From the NCBI RefSeq assembly GCF_009914755.1, contig NC_060938.1: 64,000 bases of DNA; one strand, 5' to 3'. Source of the DNA: the human T2T-CHM13v2.0 reference genome, Homo sapiens. This document shows positions 13,101-26,100 of the stretch, one piece after another (within the stretch, counting starts at the first letter, position 1; each line of letters starts with the position of its first letter). Both the position numbers and the translations under genes were made by a program. The notes beneath the pieces were generated by a model, which saw only the letters and a list, made by a program, of their open reading frames with translations, was not told the DNA's origin and ran no database searches.

Positions 13101-16100
13101 GAGAATGCTTCTGTCGAGATTTTATATGAAGATATTCCCGTTTCCAACGAAATCCTGAAATCTATCCAAATATCCCCTCGCAGATTCTACAAAAAGAGTG
13201 TTTCAAAACTGCTCTGTAAAAAGAAAGGTTCAACTCTGTTAGTTGAGTACACACATCACAAACAAGTTTCACAGAATGCTTCTTTCTACCTGGTAGGGGA
13301 AGATATTCCCTTTATCACCATGGGCCTCAAACCGTCCGAAACGTCCACTTCCATATACTACAAAAAGAGCGTTTCAAACCTGCTCTATGAAAGGCAATGT
13401 TCAACTCTGTGACTTGAATGCAGACATCACAGAGCAGTTTCTGAGAATGCTTCCGTCTAAATTTTATAGGAAGATATTCCCCTTTCCAACGAAATCTTCA
13501 CAGCTATCCAAATATCCACTTGCAGATTCTACAAAAAGAGTGTATCAAAACTGCTCTGTCAAAAGGAAGGTTCTTCTCTGTTAGGTGAGTGCATACGTCA
13601 TAAAGGAGTTTCTGAGAATGTTTCTGTCTACTGGTTATGGGAAGATATTTGCTTTTTCACCATAGGCCTCAGAGCGCTCCAAATATCCACTTGCACATAC
13701 TACAAAAAGAGTGCTTCAAAGCTGCTCTCTGAACGGGAATGTTCAACTCTATGAGTTGAATGCTAACATCACAAAGACGTTTCTGAGAATGCTTCTGTCT
13801 AGATTTGATATGAAGATATTCCCGTTTCCAACGAAATCTTCAAATCTATCCAAATGTGCACTTGCAGATTCAACAAAAAGTGTTTTTCAAAACTGCTCTA
13901 TCAAAAGAAAGATCCACCTCTGTTAGCTGAGTTCACACATCACAAACAAGTTTATGAGAATGCTTCTGTCTAGTTTTTATTTGAAGATATTTCCTTTCTC
14001 ACCATAGAGCTGAAAGCTGTCCTAATGTTCACTTCCAGATACTACAGAAAGAGTGTTTCAAAACTGCTGTACGAAAGGGAATGTTCAACTCTGTGACTTG
14101 AATGCACACATCACAAAGAAGTTTCTGAGGATGCTGCTGTCTACTTTTTATACGTAATCCCGTTTCCAACGAAATCCTCCAAGCTATCCAAATATCCACT
14201 TGCAGATTCCACAGAAAGACTGTTTCAAAACTGCTCTGTCAATAGAAAAGTTCAACTCTGTTAGCTGTGTCCATATATCCCAAAGAAGATTCTGAGACTG
14301 CTTCTGTCTAGTTTTTATGGGAAGATATTTCCCTTTTCACCGTAGGCGTCAAGGCGATCCAAATGTCCACTTCCAGATACTACAAAAAGATTGTTTCAAA
14401 CTTACTCTGTGAAAGGGAATATTCAACTCTGTGACTTGAATGCCGATATCACAAAGAAGTTTCTGAGAATGCTTCTGTCGAGATTTTATATGAAGATATT
14501 CCCGTTCCCAACGAAATCTTGAAATCTATCCAAATACCCCTCGCAGATTCTACAAAAAGAGTGTTTCAAAACTGCTCTGTAAAAGAAAGGTTCAACACTG
14601 TTAGTTGAGTACACACATCACAAACAAGTTTCACAGAATGCTTCTTTCTAGCTTGTAGGGGAAGATATTTCCTTTATCACCATGGGCCTTAAACCGTCCG
14701 AAACGTCCACTTCCATATACTAAAAAAAGAGTGTTTGAAACCTGCTCTATGAAAGGCAATGTTCAACTCTGTGACTTGAATGCAGACATCACAGAGCAGT
14801 TTCTGAGAATGCTTCAGTCCAGACTTTATAGGAAGATATTCCCGATTCCAACGAAATCTTCACAGCTATCCAAATATCCACTTGCAGATACTACAAAACG
14901 AGTGTATCAAAAAAGCTCTGTCAAAAGGAAAGTTCTTTTCTGCTAGTTGAGTACATACGTCATAAAGAAGTTTCTGAGAATGTTTCTGTCTAGTTGTTAT
15001 GGGAAGATATTTGCTTTTTCCCCGTAGGCCTCAGAGCGTTCCAAATGTCCACTTGAACATACTACAAAAAGAGTGCTTCAAAGCTGCTCTCTGAAAGGGA
15101 ATGTTCAACTCTATGAGTTCAATGCAAACATCACAAAGACGTTTCTGAGAATGCTTCTGTCTAGATTTGTTATGAAGATATACCCGTTTCCAACGAAATC
15201 TTCAAATCTATGCAAATGTCCACTTGCAGATTCAACAAAGTGTTTTTCAAAACTGCTGTATCAAAAGAAAGATCCACCTGTGTTAGCTGAGTTCACACTT
15301 CACAAACAAGTTTATCAGAATTCTTCTGTCTAGTTTTTATTTGAAGATATTTCCTTTCTCACCATAGACCTGAAAGCTCTCCTAATGTTCACTTCCAGAC
15401 ACTACAGAAAGAGTGTTTCAAAACTGCTGTATGAAAGGGAATGTTCAACTCTGTGACTTGAATGCACACATCACAAAGAAGTTTCTGAGGATGCTGCAGT
15501 CTACTTTTTATACGTAATCCCGTTTCCAAAGAAAACCTCCAAGCTATCCAAATATCCACTTGCAGATTCCACAGAAAGACTGTTTCAAAACTGCTCTGTC
15601 AATAGAAAGGTTCAACTCTGTTAGCTCCGTGCATATATCCCAAAGAAGATTCTGAGATTGCTTCTGTCTAGTTTTTATGGGAAGATATTTCCCTTTTCAC
15701 CGTAGGCGTCAAGGCGCTCCAAATGTCCACTTCCAGATACTACAAAAAGAGTGTTCCAATCCTACTCTGTGAAAGGGAATATTCAACTCTGTGACTTGAA
15801 TGCAGATATCACAAAGAAGTTTCTGAGAATGCTTCTGTCGAGATTTTATATGAAGATATTCCCGTTTCCAACGAAATCCTGAAATCTATCCAAATATCCC
15901 CTCGCAGATTCTACAAAAAGAGTGTTTCAAAACTGCTCTGTAAAAAGAAAGGTTCAACTCTGTTAGTTGAGTACACACATCACAAACAAGTTTCACAGAA
16001 TGCTTCTTTCTAGCTTGTAGGGGAAGATATTTCCTTTATCACCATGGTCCTCAAAATGTCCGAAACGTCCACTTCCATAAACTAAAAAAAGAGTGTTTGA

Positions 16101-19100
16101 AACCTGCTCTATGAAAAGCAATGTTCAACTCTGTGACTTGAATGCAGACATCACAGAGCAGTTTCTGAGAATGCTTCTGTCCAGACTTTATAGGAAGATA
16201 TTCCCGTTTCCAACGATATCTTCACAGCTATCCAAATATCCACTTGCAGATACTACAAAAAGAGTGTATCAAAAATGCTCTGTCAAAAGGAAAGTTCTTC
16301 TCTGCTAGTTGAGTACATACGTCATAAAGAAGTTTCTGAGAATGTTTCTGTCTAGTGGTTATGGGAAGATACTTGCTTTTTCCCCGTAGGCCTCAGAGCG
16401 CTCCAAATGTCAACTTGCACATGCTACAAAAAGAGTGCTTCAAAGCTGCTCTCTGAAGCGGAATGTTCAACTCTATGAGTTGAATGCAAACATCACAAAG
16501 ACGTTTCTGAGAATGCTTCTGTCTAGATTTGATATGAAGATATTCCCGTTTCCAACGAAATCTTCAAATCTATCCAAATGTCCACTTGCAGATTCAACAA
16601 AAAGTGTTTTTCAAAACTGCTATATCAAAAGAAAGATCCACCTCTGTTAGCTGAGTTCACACATCACAAACAAGTTTATGAGAATGCTTCTGTCTAGTTT
16701 TTATTTGAAGATATTTCCTTTCTCACCATAGACCTGAAAGCTGTCCTAATGTTCACTTCCAGATACTACAGAAAGAGTGTTTCAAAACTGCTGTACGAAA
16801 GGGAATGTTCAACTCTGTGACTTGAATGCACACATCACAAAGAAGTTTCTGAGGATGCTGCTGTCTACTTTTTATATGTAATCCCGTTTCCAACGAAATC
16901 CTCCAAGCTATCCAAATATCCACTTCCAGATTCCACAGAAAGACTGTTTCAAAACTCCTCTGTCAATAGAAAGGTTCAACTCTGTTAGCTGCGTGCATAT
17001 ATCCCAAAGAAGATTCTGAGATTGCTTCTGTCTGGTTTTTATGGGAAGATATTTCCCTTTTCACCGTAGATGTCAAGGCGCTCCAAATGTCCACTTCCAG
17101 ATACTACAAAAAGAGTGTTTCAAACCTACTCTGTGAAAGGGAATATTCAACTCTGTGACTTGAATGCACGTATCACAAAGAAGTTTCTGAGAATGCTTCT
17201 GCCGAGATTTTATATGAAGATATTCCCGTTTCCAACGAAATGCTGAAATCTATCCAAATATCCCCTCGCAGATTCTACAAAAAGAGTGTTTCAAAACTGC
17301 TCTGTGAAAAGAAAGGTTCATCTCTGTTAGTTGAGTACACACATCACAAACAAGTTTCACAGAATGCTTCTTTCTAGCTTGTAGGGGAAGATATTCCCTT
17401 TATCACCATGGGCCTCAAACCGTCCGAAACGTCCACTTCCATATACTACAAAAAGAGCGTTTCAAACCTGCTCTATGAAAGGCAATGTTCAACTCTGTGA
17501 CTTGAATGCAGACATCACAGAGCAGTTTCTGAGAATGCTTCTGTCTAGATTTTATAGGAAGATATTCCCGTTTCCAACGAAATCTTCACAGCTATCCAAA
17601 TATCCACTTGCAGATTCTACAAAAAGAGTGTATCAAAACTGCTCTGTCAAACGGAAGGTTCTTCTCTGTTAGTTGAGTACATACGTCATAAAGGAGTTTC
17701 TGAGAATGTTTCTGTCTAGTGGTTATGGGAAGATATTTGCTTTTTCCCCGTAGGCCTCAAAGCGCTCCAAATATCCACTTGAACATACTACAAAAAGAGT
17801 GCTTCAAAGCTGCTCTCTGAAAGGGAATGTTCAACTCTATGAGTTGAATGCAAACATCACAAAGACGTTTCTGAGAATGCTTCTGTCTAGATTTGATAAG
17901 AAGATATTCCCGTTTCCAACGAAATCTTCAAATCTATCCAAATGTCCACTTGCAGATTCAACAAAGTGTTTTTCAAAACTGCTGTATCAAAAGAAAGATC
18001 CACCTGTGTTAGCTGAGTTCACACTTCACAAACAAGTTTATCAGAATTCTTCTGTCTAGTTTTTATTTGAAGATATATCCTTTCTCACTATAGACCTGAA
18101 AGCTCTCCTAATGTTCACTTCCAGATACTACAGAAAGAGTGTTTCAAAACTGCTGTACGAAAGGGAATGTTCATCTCTGTGACTTGAATGCACACATCAC
18201 AAGGAAGTTTCTGAGGATGCTGCTGTCTAATTTTTATACGTAATCCCGTTACCAACGAAATCCTCCAAGCTATCCAAATATCCACTTGCAGATTCCACAG
18301 AAAGACTGTTTCAAAACTGCTCTGTCAATAGAAAGGTTCAACTCTGTTAGCTGCGTGCATATATCCCAAAGAAGATTCTGAGATTGCTTCTGTCTAGTTT
18401 TTATGGGAAGATATTGCCCTTTTCACCGTAGGCGTCGAGGCGCTCCAAATGTCCACTTCCAGATACTACAAAAAGAGTGTTTCAAACCTACTCTGTGAAA
18501 GGGAATATTCAACTCTGTGACTTGAATGCACATATCACAAAGAAGTTTCTGAGAATGCTTCTGTCGAGATTTTATATGAAGATATTCCCGTTTCCAACGA
18601 AATCCTGAAATCTATCCAAATATCCCCTCGCAGATTCTACAAAAAGAGTGTTTCAAAACTGCTCTGTAAAAAGAAAGGTTCAACTCTGTTAGTTGAGTAC
18701 ACACATCACAAACAAGTTTCACAGAATGCTTCTTTCTAGCTTCTAGGGGAAGATATTTCCTTTATCACCATGGGCCTCAAACCGTCCGAAACGTCCACTT
18801 CCATATACTAAAAAAAGAGTGCTTGAAACCTGCTCTATGAAAGGCAATGTTCAACTCTGTGACATGAAAGCAAACATCACAGAGCAGTTTCTGAGAATGC
18901 TTCTGTCCGGACTTTATAGGAAGATATTCCCGATTCCAACGAAATCTTCACAGCTATCCAAATATCCACTTGCAGATACTACAAAAAGAGTGTATCAAAA
19001 ATGCTCTGTCAAGAGGACAGTTCTTCTCTGCTAGTTGAGTACATACGTCATAAAGAAGTTTCTGAGAATGTTTCTGTCTAGTGGTTATGGGAAGATATTT

Positions 19101-22100
19101 GCTTTTTCCCCGTAGGCCTCAGAGCGCTCCAAATATCCAGTTGCACATACTACAAAAAGAGTGCTTCAAAGCTGCTCTCTGAAACGGAATGTTCAACTCT
19201 ATGAGTTGAATGCAAACATCACAAAGACGTTTCTGAGAATGCTTCTGTCTAGATTTGATATGAAGATATTCCCGTTTCCAACGAAATCTTCAAATCTATC
19301 CAAATGTCCACTTGCAGATTCAACAAAAAGTGTTTTTCAGAACTGCTCTATCAAAAGAAAGATCCACCTCTGTTAGCTGAGTTCACACATCACAAACAAG
19401 TTTATGAGAATGCTTCTGTCTAGTTTTTATTTGAAGATATTTCCTTTCTCACCATAGACCTGAAAGCTGTCCTAATGTTCACTTCCAGATACTACAGAAA
19501 GAGTGTTTCAAAACTGCTGTACGAAAGGGAATGTTCAACTCTGTGACTTGAATGCACACATCAAAAAGAAGTTTCTGAGGATGCTGCTGTCTACTTTTTA
19601 TACGTAATCCCGTTTCCAACGAAATCCTCCAAGCTATCCAAATATCCACTTGCAGATTCCACAGAAAGACTGTTTCAAAACTGCTCTGTCAATAGAAAGG
19701 TTCAACTCTGTTAGCTGCGTGCATATATCCCAAAGAAGATTCTGAGATTGCTTCTGTCTAGTTTTTATGGGAAGATATTTCCCTTTTCACCGTAGGCGTC
19801 AAGGCGCTCCAAATGTCCACTTCCAGATACTTCAAAAAGAGTGTTTCAAACCTACTCTGTGAAAGGGAATATTCAAGTCTGTGACTTGAATGCACATATC
19901 ACAAGGAAGTTTCTGAGAATGCTTCTGTCGAGATTTTATATGAAGATATTCCCGTTTCCAACGAAATGCTGAAATGTATCCAAATATCCCCTCGCAGATT
20001 CTACAAAAAGAGTGTTTCAAAACTGCTCTGTAAAAAGAAAGGTTCAACTCTGTTAGTTGAGTACACACATCACAAACAAGTTTCACAGAATGCTTCTTTC
20101 TAGCTTGTAGGGGAAGATATTCCCTTTATCACCATGGGCCTCAAACCGTCCGAAAAGTCCACTTCCATATACTACAAAAAGAGCGTTTCAAACCTGCTCT
20201 ATGAAAGGCAATGTTCAACTCTGTGACTTGAATGCAGACATCACAGAGCAGTTTCTGAGAATGCTTCTGTCTAGATTTTATAGGAAGATATTCCCGTTTC
20301 CAACGAAATCTTCACAGCTATCCAAATATCCACTTGCAGATTCTACAAAAAGAGTGTATCAAAACTGCTCTGTCAAAAGGAAGGTTCTTTTCTGTTAGGT
20401 GAGTGCATACGTCATAAAGGAGTTTCTGAGAATGTTTCTGTCTAGTGGTTATGGGAAGATATTTGCTTTTTCACCGTAGGCCTCAGAGCGCTCCAAATAT
20501 CCACTTGCACATACTACAAAAAGAGTGCCTCAAAGCTGCTCTCTGAAAGGGAATGTTCAACTCTATGAGTTGAATGCAAACATCACAAAGACGTTTCTGA
20601 GAATGCTTCTGTCTAGATTTGATATGAAGATATTCCCGTTTCCAACGAAATCTTCAAATCTATCCAAATGTCCACTTGCAGATTCAACAAAAAGTGTTTT
20701 TCAAAACTGCTGTATCAAAAGAAAGATCCACCTCTGTTTGCTGAGTTCACACATCACAAACAACTTTATGAGAATGCTTCTGTCTAGTTTTTATTTGAAG
20801 ATATTTCCTTTCTCACCATAGACCTGAAAGCTGTCCTAATGTTCACTTCCAGATACTACAGAAAGAGTGTTTCAAAACTGCTGTATGAAAGGGAATGTTC
20901 AACTCTGTGACTTGAATGCACACATCACAAAGAAGTTTCTGAGGATGCTGCTGTCTACTTTTTATACGTAATCCCGTTTCCAACGAAATCCTCCAAGCTA
21001 TCCAAATATCCACTTGCAGATTCTACAGAAAGACTGTTTCAAAACTGCTCTGTCAATAGAAAGGTTCAACTCTGTTAGCTGTGTGCATATATCCCAAAGA
21101 AGATTCTGAGATTGCTTCTGTCTGGTTTTTATTGGAAGATATTTCCCTTTTCACCGTAGGTGTCAAGGCGCTCCAAATGTCCACTTCCAGATACTACAAA
21201 AAGAGTGTTTCAAACCTACTCTGTGAAAGGGAATATTCAACTCTGTGACTTGAATGCACATATCACAAGGAAGTTTCTGAGAATGCTTCTGTCGAGATTT
21301 TATATGAAGATATTCCCGTTTCCAACGAAATCCTGAAATCTATCCAAATATCCCCTCGCAGATTCTACAAAAAGAGTGTTTCAAAACTGCTCTGTAAAAA
21401 GGAAGGTTCAACTCTGTTAGTTGAGTACACACATCACAAACAAGTTTCACAGAATGCTTCTTTCTAGCTTGTAGGGGAAGATATTCCCTTTATCACCATG
21501 GGCCTCCAACCGTCCGAAACATCCACTTCCATATACTACAAAAAGAGCGTTTCAAACCTGCTCTATGAAAGGCAATGTTCAACTCTGTGACTTGAATGCA
21601 GACATCACAGAGCAGTTTCTGAGAATGCTTCTGTCTAGATTTTATAGGAAGATATTCCCGTTTCCAACGAAATCTTCACAGCTATCCAAATATCCACTTG
21701 CAGATTCTACAAAAAGAGTGTATCAAAACTGCTCTGTCAAAAGGAAGGTTCTTCTCTGTTAGGTGAGTGCATACGTCATAAAGGAGTTTCTGAGAATGTT
21801 TCTGTCTAGTGGTTATGGGAAGATATTTGCTTTTTCACCGTAGGCCTCAGAGCGGACCAAATATCCACTTGCACATACTACAAAAAGAGTGCTTCAAAGC
21901 TGGTCTCTGAAACGGAATGTTCAACTCTATGAGTTGAATGCAAACATCACAAAGACGTTTCTGAGAATGCTTCTGTCTAGATTTGATATGAAGATATTCC
22001 CGTTTCCAACGAAATCTTCAAATCTATCCAAATGTCCACTTGCAGATTCAACAAAAAGTGTTTTTCAGAACTGCTCTATCAAAAGAAAGATCCACCTCTG

Positions 22101-23193
22101 TTAGCTGAGTTCACACATCACAAACAAGTTTATGAGAATGCTTCTGTCTAGTTTTTATTTGAAGATATTTCCTTTCTCACCATAGAGCTGAAAGCTGTCC
22201 TAATGTTCACTTCCAGATACTACAGAAAGAGTGTTTCAAAACTGCTGTACGAAAGGGAATGTTCAACTCTGTGACTTGAATGCACACATCACAAAGAAGT
22301 TTCTGAGGATGCTGCTGTCTACTTTTTATACGTAATCCCGTTTCCAACGAAATCCTCCAAGCTATCCAAATATCCACTTGCAGATTCCACAGAAAGGCTG
22401 TTTCAAAACTGCTCTGTCAATAGAAAGGTTCAACTCTGTTAGCTGCGTGCATATATCCCAAAGAAGATTCTGAGATTGCTTCTGTCTAGTTTTTATGGGA
22501 AGATATTTCCCTTTTCACCGTAGGTGTCAAGGCGCTCCAAATGTCCACTTCCAGATCCTACAAAAAGAGTGTTTCAAACCTACTCTGTGAAAGGGAATAT
22601 TCAACTCTGTGACTTGAATGCACATATCACAAAGAAGTTTCTGAGAATGCTTCTGTCGAGATTTTATATGAAGATATTCCCGTTTCCAACGAAATCCTGA
22701 AATGTATCCAAATATCCCCTCGCAGATTCTACAAAAAGAGTGTTTCAAAACTGCTCTGTAAAAAGAAAGGTTCAACTCTGTTAGTTGAGTACACACATCA
22801 GAAATAAGTTTCACACAATGCTTCTTTCTAGCTTGTAGGGGAAGATATTCCCTTTATCACCATGGGCCTCCAACCGTCTGAAACGTCCACTTCCATATAC
22901 TACAAAAAGAGCATTTCAAACCTGCTCTATGAAAGGCAATGTTCAACTCTGTGACTTGAATGCAGACATCACAGAGCAGTTTCTGAGAATGCTTCTGTCT
23001 AGATTTTATAGGAAGATATTCCCGTTTCCAACGAAATCTTCACAGCTATCCAAATATCCACTTGCAGATTCTACAAAAAGAGTGTATCAAAACTGCTCTG
23101 TCAAAAGGAAGGTTCTTCTCTGTTAGGTGAGTGCATACGTCATAAAGGAGTTTCTGAGAATGTTTCTGTCTAGTGGTTATGGGAAGATATTTT
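4120..23193. repeat. 14-HOR (19,074 bp) tandem duplication, copy 1
   Basis: All indels (7, 2, 7, 1+1, 2, 2 bp; total 22; 14x1364-22=19,074) and nearly all rare substitutions recur at +19,074. The ORF track repeats in identical order (5219/24293, 12999/32073, 19832/38906, 20525/39599). Confidence 0.95.
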
Positions 23194-26100
23194 CTTTTTC
23201 CCCGTAGGCCTCAGGGCGCTCCAAATGTCCACTTGCACATGCTACAAAAAGAGTGCTTCAAAGCTGCTCTCTGAAAGGGAATGTTCAACTCTATTAGTTG
23301 AATGCAAACATCACAAAGACGTTTCTGAGAATGCTTCTGTCTAGATTTGATATGAAGATATTCCCGTTTCCAACGAAATCTTCAAATCTATCCAAATGTC
23401 CACTTGCAGATTCAACAAAAAGTGTTTTTCAGAACTGCTCTATCAAAAGAAAGATCCACCTCTGTTAGCTGAGTTCACACATCACAAACAAGTTTATGAG
23501 AATGCTTCTGTCTAGTTTTTATTTGAAGATATTTCCTTTCTCACCATAGACCTGAAAGCTGTCCTAATGTTCACTTCCAGTTACTACAGAAAGAGTGTTT
23601 CAAAACTGCTGTACGAAAGGGAATGTTCAACTCTGTGACTTGAATGCACACATCACAAAGAAGTTTCTGAGGATGCTGCTGTCTACTTTTTATACTTAAT
23701 CCCGTTTCCAACGAAATCCTCCAAGCTATCCAAATATCCACTTGCAGATTCCACAGAAAGACTGTTTCAAAACTGCTCTGTCAATAGAAAGGTTCAACTC
23801 TGTTAGCTGCGTGCATATATCCCAAAGAAGATTCTGAGATTGCTTCTGTCTAGTTTTTATGGGAAGATATTTACCTTTTCACCGTAGGCGTCAAGGCTCT
23901 CCAATTGTCCACTTCCAGATACTACAAAAAGAGTGTTTCAAACCTACTCTGTGGAAGGGAATATTCAACTCTGTGACTTGAATGCACATATCACAAAGAA
24001 GTTTCTGAGAATGCTTCTGTCGAGATTTTATATGAAGATATTCCCGTTTCCAACAAAATCCTGAAATCTATCCAAATATCCCCTCGCAGATTCTACAAAA
24101 AGAGTGTTTCAAAACTGCTCTGTAAAAAGAATGGTTCAACTCTGTTAGTTGAGTACACACATCACAAACAAGTTTCACAGAATGCTTCTTTCTAGCTTGT
24201 AGGGAAAGATATTCCCTTTATCACCATGGGCCTCAAACCGTCCGAAACGTCCACTTCCATATACTACAAAAAGAGCGTTTCAAACCTGCTCTATGAAAGG
24301 CAATGTTCAACTCCGTGACTTGAATGCAGACATCACAGAGCAGTTTCTGAGAATGCTTCTGTCTAGATTTTATAGGAAGATATTCCCGTTTCCAGCGAAA
24401 TCTTCACAGATATCCAAATATCCACTTGCAGATTCTACAAAAAGAGTGTATCAAAACTGCTCTGTCAAAAGGAAAGTTCTTCTCTGCTAGTTGAGTACAT
24501 ACGTCATAAAGAAGTTTCTGAGAATGTTTCTGTCTAGTGGTTATGGGAAGATATTTGCTTTTTCCCCGTAGGCCTCAAAGCGCTCCAAATGTCCACTTGC
24601 ACATACTTAAAAAGAGTGCTTCAAAGCTGCTCTCTGAAAGGGAATGTTCAACTCTATGAGTTGAATGCAAACATCACAAAGACGTTTCTGAGAATGCTTC
24701 TGTCTAGATTTGATATGAAGATATTCCCGTTTCCAACGAAATCTTCAAATCTATCCAAATGTCCACTTGCAGATTCAACAAAGTGTTTTTCAAAACTGCT
24801 GTATCAAAAGAAAGATCCACCTCTGTTAGCTGAGTTCACACTTCACAAACAAGTTTATCAGAATTCTTCTGTCTAGTTTTTATTTGAAGATATATCCTTT
24901 CTCACTATAGACCTGAAAGCTGTCCTTATGTTCACTTCTAGATACTACAGAGTGTTTCAAAACTGCTGTATGAAAGGGAATGTTCAACTCTGTGACTTGA
25001 ATGCACACATCACAAGGAAGTTTCTGAGGATGCTGCTGTCTAATTTTTATACGTAATCCCGTTTCCAACGAAATCCTCCAAGCTATCCAAATATCCACCT
25101 GCAGATTCCACAGAAAGACTGTTTCAAAACTGCTCTGTCAATAGAAAGGTTCAACTCTGTTAGCTGCGTGCAAATATCCCAAAGAAGATTCTGAGATTGC
25201 TTCTGTCTAGTTTTTATGGGAAGATATTTCCCTTTTCACCGTAGGTGTCGAGGCGCTCCAAATGTCCACTTCCAGATACTACAAAAAGAGTGTTTCAAAC
25301 CTACTCTGTGAAAGGGAATATTCAACTCTGTGACTTGAATGCACATATCACAAAGAAGTTTCTGAGAATGCTTCTGTCGAGATTTTATATGAAGATATCC
25401 CCGTTTCCAACGAAATCCTGAAATCTATCCAAATATCCCCTCGCAGATTCTACAAAAAGAGTGTTTCAAAACTGCTCTGTAAAAAGAAAGGTTCAACTCT
25501 GTTAGTTGAGTACACACATCACAAACAAGTTTCACAGAATGCTTCTTTCTAGCTTATAGGGGAAGATATTCCCTTTATCACCATGGGCCTCAAACCGTCC
25601 GAAACGTCCACTTCCATATACTACAAAAAGAGCGTTTCAAACCTGCTCTATGAAAGGCAATGTTCAACTCCGTGACTTCAATGCAGACATCACAGAGCAG
25701 TTTCTGAGAATGCTTCTGTCTAGATTTTATAGGAAGATATTCCCGTTTCCAACGAAATCTTCACAGCTATCCAAATATCCACTTGCAGATTCTACAAAAA
25801 GAGTGTATCAAAACTACTCTGTCAAAAGGAAGGTTCTTCTCTATTAGTTGAGTACATACGTCATAAAGGAGTTTCTGAGAATGTTTCTGTCTAGTGGTTA
25901 TGGGAAGATATTTGCTTTTTCACCGTAGGCCTCAGAGCGCTCCAAATATCCACTTCCACATACTACAAAAAGAGTGCTTCAAAGCTGCTCTCTGAAAGGG
26001 AATGTTCAACTCTATGAGTTGAATGCAAACATCACAAAGACGTTTCTGAGAATGCTTCTGTCTAGATTTGATATGAAAATATTCCGGTTTCCAAAGAAAT

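Noticed and set aside
12999-13412. Longest ORF (137 aa; twin at 32073-32486)
   Set aside because: It results from chance loss of two stop codons (TGA>TTA and TAG>TAC) in one HOR. The second copy comes from the 19-kb duplication, not from conservation.
14530-14590. Two 1-bp deletions near homopolymers as sequencing errors
   Set aside because: Both recur at +19,074 (~33610 and ~33657), so they are probably real variants that predate the duplication.
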